From assembly GCA_028286885.1 (NCBI GenBank), contig JAQBQS010000008.1:12121-76120 (forward strand): a stretch of DNA of 64,000 bases, read 5' to 3'. The stretch is from Patescibacteria group bacterium. GTDB taxonomy: Bacteria > Patescibacteriota > Minisyncoccia > Phycocordibacterales > UBA1006. Shown here in pieces: positions 8,826 to 18,102 of this stretch. Within the stretch, counting starts at the first letter, position 1. The number at the start of each line of letters is the position of its first letter. Below the pieces are notes generated by a model. That model searched no databases and had not been told where the DNA came from. It worked only from the letters and a program-made list of their open reading frames with translations. The translations under genes and the position numbers were made by a program.

Positions 8826-9686
8826 ATGATGTTAAAGACTCTTCCCCAGCCTGACTACGAATTGTTGGATTCAGGCAACGGGAAAAAATTGGAACGATAC
8901 GGAAAATTCGTACTGTCGCGGCCTGATCCGCAAGCGTTGTGGTCGCACTTGTTGCCTGCGGCACAATGGTCTGATGCGGACGCTCTTTTCGTGCGCGAAG
9001 GAAAAAACGTCCAGTGGAAAAAATCAAAGGATGTTCCCGAGTCTTGGAATATCAATTTCGGCGGGCTTGTATTTGACATCCGACCAAGCTCGTTCAAACA
9101 TACGGGACTCTTCCCCGAGCACCTGATGAACTGGGAGTGGATGAAGGAGAAAATCAAGAAATCAAAACGAACACCAAACGTTTTGAATCTCTTCGGTTAC
9201 ACCGGAGGCGCGAGTTTGGCATGCGCACAATCTGGTGCCGAGGTCACGCATGTGGACGGATCCAAAATGGCGATTTCATGGGCGCGAAAAAATCAGGAGC
9301 TTTCCAATTTAAATGACAAACCGATCCGTTGGATTCTCGACGACGCGATGCTTTTCCTGAAGCGGGAAATCAAGCGCGGAAACCGCTACGACGCGATCAT
9401 CATGGATCCGCCGGCATTCGGCCATGGACCGAAAGGCGAGGTTTGGAAAATCGAGGAACAGTTCGCGGATCTGATGGATCTGTGCACGAAAGTCCTCTCC
9501 GAGAATCCATTATTTTTCGTCATCAACGGATACGCATCCGGCTATTCGGCGCTCGCCTACCAAAACAACTTGATTCCTTTGCAAGAAACATTCGGCGGAA
9601 TTATTGAAAGCGGCGAACTTGTCATTGAGGAATCAAATACGAACCGACTTCTTCCCTGTGGGATTTTTGCGCGGTGGTCGAGGTAA
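8826..9686 (+). CDS. class I SAM-dependent rRNA methyltransferase (RlmI/YccW-like)
   Basis: GYTGGASLACAQSGAEVTHVDGS SAM-binding segment and IIMDPPAFG motif. Start taken at ATG 8826 (MMLKTL), downstream of TTGATA-17-TATAAT. Confidence 0.7.
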   Translation: MMLKTLPQPDYELLDSGNGKKLERYGKFVLSRPDPQALWSHLLPAAQWSDADALFVREGKNVQWKKSKDVPESWNINFGGLVFDIRPSSFKHTGLFPEHLMNWEWMKEKIKKSKRTPNVLNLFGYTGGASLACAQSGAEVTHVDGSKMAISWARKNQELSNLNDKPIRWILDDAMLFLKREIKRGNRYDAIIMDPPAFGHGPKGEVWKIEEQFADLMDLCTKVLSENPLFFVINGYASGYSALAYQNNLIPLQETFGGIIESGELVIEESNTNRLLPCGIFARWSR

Positions 9687-9760
9687 TCTTGACAAAGTAG
9701 TATTTTCTATTATACTCAAATTCAATTTGAGAGAAAATTGTTCATATAAAACTTAACAAG

Positions 9761-10249
9761 ATGACAACGTCAAATTTTTACTATGGCGTATTTATTTACG
9801 TCATTTCAGGAATCACCTTCTTCTTTATAAGAAGTATCGCATTTCATTATTTTGTAAAACCTTTAGTGATTAAAGCAAATAATGAAAACCGTATTGCCAG
9901 CACCGAAGACATGTCTTTTGGTTCTGTAATCATTTCATTTCTCTGTTGGTCAATCGATGTAGGGGTTAGCAAGTTTCCGTTTAATCCGCTTTATGGTGGA
10001 GTATCAGGAAAATCGCCTTCTGAATTTCAAATTGAAAAAGCCCAGAAAGAATCTTTAAATTTCATTTACGATCGCAAAAACAATCGAGGAGAAGAAATTG
10101 CAATTGCATTTTTACTCTATTGCATGATGGGCGGAGGAATTTTAATGATGAGTCTTATTTGGATTTTTTCTATGGCAATCGCTGCTTGCATATTCGGCAT
10201 TGCATGCATAATATGCTCGCCATTTGTATTATTTATTGACTGGATTTAA
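9761..10249 (+). CDS. hypothetical membrane protein
   Basis: Multiple hydrophobic helices. A promoter lies upstream and an intrinsic terminator follows. Confidence 0.5.
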   Translation: MTTSNFYYGVFIYVISGITFFFIRSIAFHYFVKPLVIKANNENRIASTEDMSFGSVIISFLCWSIDVGVSKFPFNPLYGGVSGKSPSEFQIEKAQKESLNFIYDRKNNRGEEIAIAFLLYCMMGGGILMMSLIWIFSMAIAACIFGIACIICSPFVLFIDWI

Positions 10250-10260
10250 AGAAATTTTAA

Positions 10261-10285
10261 AGCGGACAAATGTCCGCTTTTTTAC
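10261..10285 (+). terminator. intrinsic terminator
   Basis: aagcggaca-aa-tgtccgctt followed by tttttt. Confidence 0.6.
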
Positions 10286-10336
10286 TTGTCAAAACAGCTT
10301 GCGCAAAAAAACGACCTGTGGTAAAGTGTCCCCACT

Positions 10337-10579
10337 ATGGCAATTAATGTAGCAGTCACAAAGACAAACAACGAAAACTCAGCGAGCGTTTTGCGACGAT
10401 TCGTCAAGAAGGTCCGCGGCGCAGGCTTCCTCCAGGAAGTTCGTGACAAGCGATACTACGCACGCGCAAGCTCGAAGCTCCGAACCAAAAATTCAAAAAT
10501 GGTTGGAATCGCCCGAAGCGCAAAACGCAAAGTCGACTTGAAACTCGGTTTGATCCAGGAAAATGCAAAGCGAAACTAA
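10337..10579 (+). CDS. rpsU: 30S ribosomal protein S21
   Basis: Size and S21-like pattern: VLRRFVKKVRGAGFLQEVRDKRYYARASSKLRTK. Confidence 0.75.
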   Translation: MAINVAVTKTNNENSASVLRRFVKKVRGAGFLQEVRDKRYYARASSKLRTKNSKMVGIARSAKRKVDLKLGLIQENAKRN

Positions 10580-10955
10580 TAATTTTTCAATTATTCGCGA
10601 AACAAAAGGCAAGCTTCCCCGCTTGCCTTTTGTCGATATTAAAAATAAAATTCTCGGATCGAACTATTCCCTTTCTCTCGCTTTTGTCGGCCGCACGCGC
10701 GCAATCGAACTTCACCAAGAATGGAAGTCGAAAGACGATCCTGTAAACATCCTGAGCTTTCCTCTTTCAAAATCAGAAGGAGAAATTATCATCTCGCTTG
10801 AGAAGGCTCGCCATGAATGCAAAAATTTCGATCGGGGTTATGAAAACTATCTTGCCTTCTTGTTCATCCACGGCTGCGTGCATCTCAAAGGTTTCGTTCA
10901 CGGCGACAAAATGGAGAAGGAAGAAGCGAAATACAGGAAGATGTTTGATATCTAA
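10563..10955 (+). CDS. ybeY: rRNA maturation endoribonuclease YbeY
   Basis: HGCVHLKGFVHGD metal-binding motif. Overlaps the rpsU stop by 17 nt. Confidence 0.8.
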   Translation: MQSETNNFSIIRETKGKLPRLPFVDIKNKILGSNYSLSLAFVGRTRAIELHQEWKSKDDPVNILSFPLSKSEGEIIISLEKARHECKNFDRGYENYLAFLFIHGCVHLKGFVHGDKMEKEEAKYRKMFDI

Positions 10956-10974
10956 GTTCCCGCCAAAAGGTGGG

Positions 10975-11006
10975 GATTTTGATAATTGCATAAAATTTTA
11001 TATACT
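10975..11006 (+). promoter_or_regulatory. promoter TTGATA-16-TATACT, 9 nt before ftsA ATG
   Basis: Near-consensus boxes. Confidence 0.45.
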
Positions 11007-11015
11007 ATCAATATC

Positions 11016-12197
11016 ATGGCATCTTCCTCGCAAAAAATAATCGTCGGAATCGATATCGGCTCCCAGATCGTGCGCGTCATCGTGGCCGAGGAAGCCGCAA
11101 AGATCGGCATGGCTCCCAAGATCGTCGCAGTCGGCTGGGCCGAGTCGCGCGGTATCCATCACGGCTACGTAATTTCTCCGCGCGATGCCACAACATCAGT
11201 CGCCGAAGCCATTGCCATGGCCGAGAAATCATCAGGCATCGAGATCAAGCGCGCATATGTCAGCTTGGGCGGGATCAGTCTGTCTTCCGAAATCGCAGGA
11301 GGGGCATCGTCGGTGGGACGCGCTGACGGTGAAGTTACCGAAGACGACATGATGTCGGTCGTATCGATTGCCCGCGAAGCGTTCGGCGCTGCCAAGAAAA
11401 ATAAAAAAATATTGCACGCCATTCCGATGAAATACCGGTTAGACGGCGCCGAAGTTATGGGCAACCCTGTTGGCATGCGTGGATCGCGTTTGGAAACACG
11501 CGTCGTATTCGTCACAGTACAAGAACATCATTTCAATGATCTCGTCTCCGTCATCACGGACGCCGGCGTCGACATTATCGAGGTGATCGCTGCGCCGATC
11601 GCCGAATCGCTCGCAACCTTATCCAAGAAGCAAAAAATGGTTGGATGCGGACTCTTGAATATCGGAGCGGACACCGTATCGCTCGCGGTATTTGATTCGG
11701 ACGTTCCCGTTTCGGTTGCAACGTTTGCAATCGGATCAAGCGACATCACCAATGACATAGCGCTGGGGCTTCGCGTTACGCTCGAAGAGGCCGAACGCGT
11801 CAAAATCGGCAAGTTCGAAGCCGGACAATATCCGAAGAAAAAAATAGAAGAAATCATCGACGCGAGGCTTTCTGATATTTTCGAACTCATTCAAAACCAT
11901 TTGAAATCAATCAAGCGCGACGGACTTCTCCCTGCAGGAATCATCATCACGGGCGGCGGCGGGATGCTCACCCATATCGACGAGTTCTCAAAATCGGCAT
12001 TGAAGCTTCCTTCCCTTGTCATGCATGTGGACCAGATCATGAACACCCGCAAAGGTCTCGATCCGTCATGGCTTGTCGCCTATGGACTTTGCTATCTTGA
12101 AGATGACGAGGAGGTCTATGGATCCAAGATCTTCAAGCAGATGTTCAAGGAATCCAAGAAAGGAATCATGAAGATTCTGCGAGAATTCTTACCATAA
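11016..12197 (+). CDS. ftsA: cell division protein FtsA
   Basis: Actin-like ATPase with IIVGIDIGSQIVRV N-terminus; 394 aa. ATG 11016 follows TTGATA-16-TATACT. Confidence 0.9.
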   Translation: MASSSQKIIVGIDIGSQIVRVIVAEEAAKIGMAPKIVAVGWAESRGIHHGYVISPRDATTSVAEAIAMAEKSSGIEIKRAYVSLGGISLSSEIAGGASSVGRADGEVTEDDMMSVVSIAREAFGAAKKNKKILHAIPMKYRLDGAEVMGNPVGMRGSRLETRVVFVTVQEHHFNDLVSVITDAGVDIIEVIAAPIAESLATLSKKQKMVGCGLLNIGADTVSLAVFDSDVPVSVATFAIGSSDITNDIALGLRVTLEEAERVKIGKFEAGQYPKKKIEEIIDARLSDIFELIQNHLKSIKRDGLLPAGIIITGGGGMLTHIDEFSKSALKLPSLVMHVDQIMNTRKGLDPSWLVAYGLCYLEDDEEVYGSKIFKQMFKESKKGIMKILREFLP

Positions 12198-12248
12198 TAT
12201 TCCAAATAAAAAATCCCAAGATGCATTCTTGGGATTTTGAATTAATTA

Positions 12249-12524
12249 TTAACCTTCCTGCAGCTCTTTCAAGGTGGCCGGCTCGGTATCAGAAACACCC
12301 TGTGCTTCTGCAGTATAGACTGCAATAGCCTTACCTATTTGTTCGTGACTGAGCTCGTATTTAAAAAGATTTTTTGCCTCGTCACATACTCTCTTTACTA
12401 TGTTTTTGTTGTTTTCAGCAAAGATGCCGAGGGTTTCGCCTTCCTTAGGAGGGATTATTTCTTTTCTGTAGAGATGAAATGTTGCAACTGCAAAATAAAT
12501 CATCAGGCGATATTGTTTGCTCAT
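12249..12524 (-). CDS. hypothetical protein
   Basis: 91 aa ORF with an ATG start, oriented opposite to the flanking ftsA and ftsZ. Confidence 0.35.
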   Translation of the reverse strand: MSKQYRLMIYFAVATFHLYRKEIIPPKEGETLGIFAENNKNIVKRVCDEAKNLFKYELSHEQIGKAIAVYTAEAQGVSDTEPATLKELQEG

Positions 12525-12680
12525 AAGTGGTTTGTTTAGTTTATTATGGAAATATTTACAGCAAAGATATCATCTATTCTTATACTTGTCAATCCCCTTA
12601 TAAATTGCCCTTTTCAGAAGGTTGTTATATGATGTGAGCATCCTTATCAGACAGGACCTCTCTTTTTTACTTGTAACACT

Positions 12681-13850
12681 ATGGCTAAAATAAACCCAGA
12701 CATCCAATCGTTCGCGCGGATCAAGGTGATCGGCGTCGGAGGATCCGGAAAAAACGCATTGAACCACATGATCGATTCAGGAGTTGAATCGGTGGAATTC
12801 ATCTGCATGAATACGGATACGCAGGACTTGCACCACTCGCAGGCAACAAAAAAAATCCATATCGGACGCAATCTGACGAAAGGCCAGGGCACCGGAATGA
12901 ATCCCGAGATCGGACGCGAAGCCGCGGAAGAAACCAAAGCCGAAATCCAGGAAGCCATCAAGGGAGCCGACATGGTCTTCATCGCATGCGGAATGGGCGG
13001 AGGAACAGGAACAGGCGCAGCGCCAGTTGTGGCGCAGACTGCGCGAGAACTCGGAGCGCTCACGATTGCAGTTGTAACCAAGCCATTTTCATTCGAAGGA
13101 CAGCAGCGCCTCCGCATCGCGGATCAAGGCATCGCTGATCTTGAAAAAGAAGTTGATGCAATCATTATCGTTCCTAACGACCGACTTCTCTCGATCACAT
13201 CGAAAGACACATCGTTCAAGGAAGCGTTCGCAATGTCTGACGAAATCTTGCGACAGGCTGTCGAAGGAATTTCTGAACTTATCACGACACAAGGAATCGT
13301 CAACATTGATTTCGCTGACATCAAGTCGGTTATGCAAGATGCAGGTTCAGCCTTCATGGGAATCGGACAGGCGACCGGCGAAAACCGAGCCGAGGAGGCC
13401 GCATACAACGCGATCAACTCGCCGCTTCTCGATGTTGCGATCTCTGGCGCCAAGGGAGTTCTCTTTGCCATCTCGGCTGGAGACGACCTGACCATGCACG
13501 AGGTTAACACGATCGCCAAGATCGTTACCGAATCAGTCGATCCGGATGCAAAAATCATTTTTGGTCCGATCCACGACGACCAGCTCAAGAAGGGCGAAGT
13601 CAAGGTTACGGTTATTGCTACCGGATTCTCAAACCCGCAGAAGAAACCTACCGGAGGCATGCAGGTTCCGATCCAGCGTTCAGCTCCCCAGCAGGTCCCG
13701 GTTGAAAAACGAGAGGTTCGAAACGAGCAGCAGGAACAAATGGTCCGCCGTGCAGCTCCCGCACCTGAGAAGGTTGTCGAGGAGATCAGCGACGATGATG
13801 ACGATTTCTCATCAGCGATCCCGGCATTCTTGCGAAGAGCTAAAAAATAG
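12681..13850 (+). CDS. ftsZ: cell division protein FtsZ
   Basis: GGGTGTGAAPVVA tubulin signature and C-terminal IPAFLRR peptide. Confidence 0.95.
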   Translation: MAKINPDIQSFARIKVIGVGGSGKNALNHMIDSGVESVEFICMNTDTQDLHHSQATKKIHIGRNLTKGQGTGMNPEIGREAAEETKAEIQEAIKGADMVFIACGMGGGTGTGAAPVVAQTARELGALTIAVVTKPFSFEGQQRLRIADQGIADLEKEVDAIIIVPNDRLLSITSKDTSFKEAFAMSDEILRQAVEGISELITTQGIVNIDFADIKSVMQDAGSAFMGIGQATGENRAEEAAYNAINSPLLDVAISGAKGVLFAISAGDDLTMHEVNTIAKIVTESVDPDAKIIFGPIHDDQLKKGEVKVTVIATGFSNPQKKPTGGMQVPIQRSAPQQVPVEKREVRNEQQEQMVRRAAPAPEKVVEEISDDDDDFSSAIPAFLRRAKK

Positions 13851-13867
13851 ATTTGGAAGAGCCAAGA

Positions 13868-13896
13868 AAAAAAGCAGACCTCAGGTCTGCTTTTTG
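13868..13896. terminator. bidirectional intrinsic terminator after ftsZ
   Basis: A-run, then gcagacc-tca-ggtctgc, then ttttt. Confidence 0.6.
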
Positions 13897-13900
13897 ATTG

Positions 13901-14068
13901 TTAGCGATGGATTACCGAAACTGATCTTGTTTCCGCATTCAGACGGTCAAGTTTGATCGGATTGATTGCGGAAGCCTCTGAGTTCTTGGTAATAATATTT
14001 GCAGACATGCACGATTGCAGGCATATGCACCCAACGACCATAACCGAAATAATAAATATTTTTTTCAT
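13901..14068 (-). CDS. small predicted lipoprotein (55 aa)
   Basis: Below the ORF-track size cut-off. MKKIFIISVMVVGCICLQSC signal peptide with a lipobox-like LQSC. Confidence 0.3.
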   Translation of the reverse strand: MKKIFIISVMVVGCICLQSCMSANIITKNSEASAINPIKLDRLNAETRSVSVIHR

Positions 14069-14127
14069 TATTTAATTTTTAATAACCTAAAAAGAACAGA
14101 CGAAGAATATATCTCTGTTGAGAAAGT

Positions 14128-14156
14128 TTGTCAAGTAATCACTTCGCTGATATAAT
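14128..14156 (+). promoter_or_regulatory. promoter TTGTCA-17-TATAAT, 8 nt before trxB ATG
   Basis: Near-consensus boxes. Confidence 0.5.
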
Positions 14157-14164
14157 TCCTCCCT

Positions 14165-15097
14165 ATGAATACTTCTACTTATGACCTTGTGATCTTGGGC
14201 GGCGGACCCGCGGGATGCGCGGCGGCCGTGTATGCGGCAAGAAAACAGCTGAAGACGGCGCTTGTTGCGGCAGAATTCGGCGGGCAGTCGACCGTGAGCG
14301 AAAAGATTTTTAACTGGATCGGAACGCCTGAAATTTCAGGGCTCGATCTCGGCAAAAATTTGAAAGCTCACGCAATGGCGTATAAAGGAGAATACTTGGA
14401 TATTTTCGAAGGCGAGATGGCGATGAATGTTGCTAAAATCGAAGGCGGCTACTCGATTAAGACGAGCAAACAAGAAGTTACAACCAAGAGCATTCTTGTA
14501 ACAACAGGATCTTCCAGGCGAAAGTTGGATATTCCAGGCGCATCGACGTACGAGAACAAAGGAGTCGTCTATTGCGCATCATGCGACGGACCACTCTTCT
14601 CGGGAATGAATGTTGTCGTGATCGGTGCCGGAAACGCGGGATTCGAATCGGCTGCCCAGCTTGCCGCCTACTGCCCTTCCGTTACCCTTCTCAACCGCAC
14701 CGACGTTTTCCGCGCGGACGAGATTACGGTCAAGGCCGTATCAGCAATGCCGAACGTACACATCAAGACATTTACGGAACCGGTTGAAGTTGTCGGCGAG
14801 AAATTCGTCAAAGGCATCAAGGTCAAGAACAACCAGACCGGAGAGGAAGAAGAGCTTCCTGTCGGCGGAATCTTCGTCGAGATCGGGCAGATTCCAAATA
14901 CCGGATACCTTGGCGACTTAGTCGAGAAAACGTCATACAATAATGTTGTAACCGATCCAACGAACCAGAAAACATCTGCCCCAGGAATTTGGGCGGCCGG
15001 CGACTGCACGGACGGACTTTATCATCAGAACAACATCGCAGCCGGTGATGCAGTAAAAGCAGTCGAGGATATTTATTTGACCCTTAAGGCGCGATAA
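14165..15097 (+). CDS. trxB: thioredoxin-disulfide reductase
   Basis: FAD site GGGPAGCAAA, redox-active CASC, NADPH site GAGNAG. Confidence 0.85.
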   Translation: MNTSTYDLVILGGGPAGCAAAVYAARKQLKTALVAAEFGGQSTVSEKIFNWIGTPEISGLDLGKNLKAHAMAYKGEYLDIFEGEMAMNVAKIEGGYSIKTSKQEVTTKSILVTTGSSRRKLDIPGASTYENKGVVYCASCDGPLFSGMNVVVIGAGNAGFESAAQLAAYCPSVTLLNRTDVFRADEITVKAVSAMPNVHIKTFTEPVEVVGEKFVKGIKVKNNQTGEEEELPVGGIFVEIGQIPNTGYLGDLVEKTSYNNVVTDPTNQKTSAPGIWAAGDCTDGLYHQNNIAAGDAVKAVEDIYLTLKAR

Positions 15098-15107
15098 TTT
15101 AAATCTT

Positions 15108-15539
15108 ATGCAATATCAAAAACAAGTTTTCATCAGCCTTCCTGTCACGGACCTTGCAGCCTCGACCGCATTTTATGAGAAGCTCGGCTTCGTCAAAAAT
15201 GAAGCATTTTCAAATCCAATGGGATCATTCCTTGTTTGGTCGGATGCGATTACGGTTACTCTTATCACGCACGACTTCTTCACGCAGATGGCGCCGGGCA
15301 AGACGTTTGCCGATCCGCATACCATGTCCCAAGTCGGACTCGGCCTCTCACTTGAATCACGCGAGGCCGTAGACGCCTTCGCGGCAACGGCGGTTGCAAA
15401 CGGCGGCAAGAGCGTCGTAGCTCCGGGCAGCGAAGAAAGCGACGGCGGCATGTACGGAATGTCCGTAGAAGACCCAGATGGACACGTTTGGGACGTGATG
15501 TGGATGGACATGACAAAAATGCCACCGACTCAGGCATAA
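15108..15539 (+). CDS. VOC (glyoxalase/bleomycin-resistance) family protein
   Basis: 143 aa; VOC-like hydrophobic/His pattern. Confidence 0.65.
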   Translation: MQYQKQVFISLPVTDLAASTAFYEKLGFVKNEAFSNPMGSFLVWSDAITVTLITHDFFTQMAPGKTFADPHTMSQVGLGLSLESREAVDAFAATAVANGGKSVVAPGSEESDGGMYGMSVEDPDGHVWDVMWMDMTKMPPTQA

Positions 15540-15540
15540 C

Positions 15541-15570
15541 AAAAAGCACCCGCGCGGGTGCTTTTTGTTA
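15541..15570. terminator. bidirectional intrinsic terminator
   Basis: aaaaa, then gcacccgcgcgggtgc, then ttttt. Confidence 0.6.
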
Positions 15571-15578
15571 AATTCAAT

Positions 15579-15653
15579 TGGTGACCCTACTGGGAGTCGC
15601 ACCCAGCTTCCAAGATTGAAAATCTTGTGTCCTAACTGATAGACGATAGGGCC
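15579..15653 (-). tRNA. tRNA-Glu (anticodon UUC), CCA encoded
   Basis: Hand-folded cloverleaf. Acceptor GGCCCTA/TAGGGTC, D-stem GTCT/GGAC, anticodon stem CAAGA/TCTTG, loop TTTTCAA, T-stem CTGGG/CCCAG. Resembles bacterial tRNA-Glu (TCGTCTA...AGGACAC). Confidence 0.8.
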
Positions 15654-15710
15654 TAAAAGCTTTTTCAAGCCGAGAAAATATAGCACATAATTTTCCAAAA
15701 GAAAAGCTCT

Positions 15711-16142
15711 CTAAACGAGAGCTTTTGAAGGCGATGCGACGGCAATACATTCAGGAAAGGATTCCTTGACGAACGTGATTTCAAATTGATTCCCGACAAA
15801 AAATACGAGTTCGTGCATTGCTCCTGCCATCTTGATCTTGGTTTGGAGATTCGTTTCTTTGTGGATTTCAATATGCGCAGGCAATCCAAGATCTGGGCGC
15901 ACATGGCCGTTGTTCTGGAGGTGATCAACGACTTTTTTATTTGCCGTGTAATCGGTAAAAAGGACAATTCCTTGCAAAAAGCTTAAACCTTTTGACTTAA
16001 AATAAGCATTCAGATCAGGAATACCTGAAACCGAGTCTGTGTCGGATATACAAATAAGGTGCATAACTAAAGATTTGGTTTGGAATGATTCTAACATACT
16101 TACTTGAAAAATGGGAGAATCTAGGCTACTATGTTCAAACAA
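15711..16142 (-). CDS. hypothetical protein
   Basis: 143 aa ORF lying between two tRNA genes. Confidence 0.4.
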   Translation of the reverse strand: MFEHSSLDSPIFQVSMLESFQTKSLVMHLICISDTDSVSGIPDLNAYFKSKGLSFLQGIVLFTDYTANKKVVDHLQNNGHVRPDLGLPAHIEIHKETNLQTKIKMAGAMHELVFFVGNQFEITFVKESFPECIAVASPSKALV

Positions 16143-16176
16143 ATGTCCGCCGTCGCATAAAGCTATGGCGGGACAC

Positions 16177-16249
16177 GCGCGGTTAGCTCAGTTGGTAGAG
16201 CATCCCCTTGACGTGGGGAGGGTCAGAGGTTCGAGCCCTCTATCGCGCA
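16177..16249 (+). tRNA. tRNA-Val (anticodon GAC), CCA not encoded
   Basis: GCGCGGT acceptor, GCTCAGTTGGTAGAGC D-arm, anticodon loop TTGACGT, T-arm AGAGGTTCGAGCCCTCT. An intrinsic terminator follows. Confidence 0.85.
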
Positions 16250-16257
16250 CAGGCACA

Positions 16258-16284
16258 GAAAGCCGCCCTTGGGCGGCTTTCTTG
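16258..16284 (+). terminator. terminator after tRNA-Val
   Basis: aagccgccc-ttg-ggcggcttt hairpin. Confidence 0.5.
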
Positions 16285-16287
16285 CAA

Positions 16288-16316
16288 TAAAAAATCCCGA
16301 CACAATAGTCGGGATC
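16288..16316 (-). terminator. terminator after gmk
   Basis: cccgac-acaata-gtcggg hairpin with a U-run on the minus strand. Confidence 0.5.
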
Positions 16317-16322
16317 CATAAA

Positions 16323-16928
16323 TTAAATCTTAACTGGAAATCCCAGTATTCGATCGATGAGAACGTCTTCGATCAATCTCACGAACCTCTCCTCGTTATA
16401 CATATTGTCGAGAATGATCTCGAACTCCATTCCGATGGGGAGCTCTTCAGGGATCCGCTTGATCCTCTTTTGAATCGAGGATTCCGTATCGGAAGTGCGT
16501 TTTCTTTCCCTGATCCTTTTCTCATAAACATCGACGTTTTTGCCGGCATTAATGAATACGACCAAGATATCGTCTCCGAAAAGTTCTTTGAGCCTTCTGC
16601 CGCCTTTGACGTCGATATCGAGAAGTAAAATCTTGCCGGTACGCTGAGCTTCTTCATACTGGCTCTTGGGCGTTCCGTAATAATTGCCGGAAACTTCCTC
16701 CCATTCGAGGAAATAGCCTTCATCAATTTTTTTCTTGAATTCCTCTTTCGATTTGAGGAAGTGGTAATCCTTGCCGTCGACTTCGCCTTCCGCCTGATCG
16801 CGCGTCGTGCATGATATCGAGAAGAGAAACTTGTCGGGGCAATTTTTCAAGAGACATTTGACGCACGTGCCTTTGCCGCCTCCGGAACATGCCGTGATTG
16901 CGAGTATTTTTATTTCCTGATTCGTCAT
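16323..16928 (-). CDS. gmk: guanylate kinase
   Basis: P-loop SGGGKGT plus a SISCTTR segment and a YHF..EEF...GYFLEWEEVSGNYYGTPK segment. Confidence 0.85.
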   Translation of the reverse strand: MTNQEIKILAITACSGGGKGTCVKCLLKNCPDKFLFSISCTTRDQAEGEVDGKDYHFLKSKEEFKKKIDEGYFLEWEEVSGNYYGTPKSQYEEAQRTGKILLLDIDVKGGRRLKELFGDDILVVFINAGKNVDVYEKRIRERKRTSDTESSIQKRIKRIPEELPIGMEFEIILDNMYNEERFVRLIEDVLIDRILGFPVKI

Positions 16929-16978
16929 AATATATGTTATTTAAAAGGGTTAAAAAATTTACCTATTTCTATCACAAA

Positions 16979-17007
16979 TTGAAAATCAAGTCAAACCATG
17001 CTACGAT
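16979..17007 (+). promoter_or_regulatory. promoter TTGAAA-17-TACGAT, 6 nt before tsaD ATG
   Basis: Spacing is canonical. Confidence 0.4.
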
Positions 17008-17013
17008 GCGTGC

Positions 17014-18102
17014 ATGAAAATCCTGTCTATCGAGACATCCTGCGACGAAACGGCGATCTCGCTCCTCTCCGTCGTCGAGACGGGCGAAAGCGTTTCATTT
17101 CAGGTCTTAGCCAATATAACGCATTCCCAAGTCGAACTCCACCAGCCCTATGGCGGCGTTTTTCCGGCCCTTGCAAAGCGCGAACATCAGAAAAATCTGC
17201 CGCTCGTCTTGGAAGAAATAATGATGGGTCAAGAAATCCCCGACTGCATCTGCGTTACATCGGGTCCCGGGCTTGAACCCGCTCTTTGGTGCGGAATTGT
17301 TTTTGCAAAAGAACTTGGCGAGAAATGGAATATCCCCGTCGTTCCTGTGAACCACATGGAGGGACATATCTTGTCAGTATTAGTTCCGCAATCAGGCGAC
17401 GCAAACTTTGAATTCAAGAATTCCGACATCGACTTCCCCGCTCTCGCACTGCTCATTTCCGGCGGACATACGGAACTTGTGTTAGTGAAAAAAATCGGCG
17501 ACTACCAGATCATCGGGAAGACGCGCGATGATGCGGTTGGCGAGGCATTCGACAAGGTAGCGCGCATCTTGGGACTGCCGTATCCGGGCGGACCGGAGAT
17601 TTCGCGGCTTGCGGCTATTGCTCGCCAAGAGCATGCCTTCAATCGCATCACATTCCCTCGTCCTATGATCCATTCCGCTGATCTTGATTTCTCATTCTCA
17701 GGGATCAAAACAGCCGTGCTTTACCATGTCCAAGGCCAGACTGAAAATAGAAATGTGACCGATACAGTTTTCAAATTATCCGACGAGGTAAAGCAGGATA
17801 TCTCGCGGGAATTTGAAAACGCCGTTTCAGACGTTTTGGTTTCTAAAACCAAGAAAGCCGTCGACGCATTCGGCGCACAGAGCTTGATCATCGGCGGCGG
17901 CGTATCAGCGAACTCGCATATAAAAAACGAGATGAAAAACATGATCGAGAATAATTTCCCCGACATGAAACTGCTTGTTCCCGAACGGGAACTCACCGGC
18001 GACAACGCACTCATGATCGGGATTGCGGGATATTTCAAGATTAAAAAAGACCCGACGAGGGTCTATAGCGATATCAAAGCTGAAGGAAACCTGGGCTTGT
18101 AA
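17014..18102 (+). CDS. tsaD: tRNA N6-adenosine threonylcarbamoyltransferase
   Basis: MKILSIETSCDETAISLL N-terminus; Kae1/TsaD family. Confidence 0.9.
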   Translation: MKILSIETSCDETAISLLSVVETGESVSFQVLANITHSQVELHQPYGGVFPALAKREHQKNLPLVLEEIMMGQEIPDCICVTSGPGLEPALWCGIVFAKELGEKWNIPVVPVNHMEGHILSVLVPQSGDANFEFKNSDIDFPALALLISGGHTELVLVKKIGDYQIIGKTRDDAVGEAFDKVARILGLPYPGGPEISRLAAIARQEHAFNRITFPRPMIHSADLDFSFSGIKTAVLYHVQGQTENRNVTDTVFKLSDEVKQDISREFENAVSDVLVSKTKKAVDAFGAQSLIIGGGVSANSHIKNEMKNMIENNFPDMKLLVPERELTGDNALMIGIAGYFKIKKDPTRVYSDIKAEGNLGL

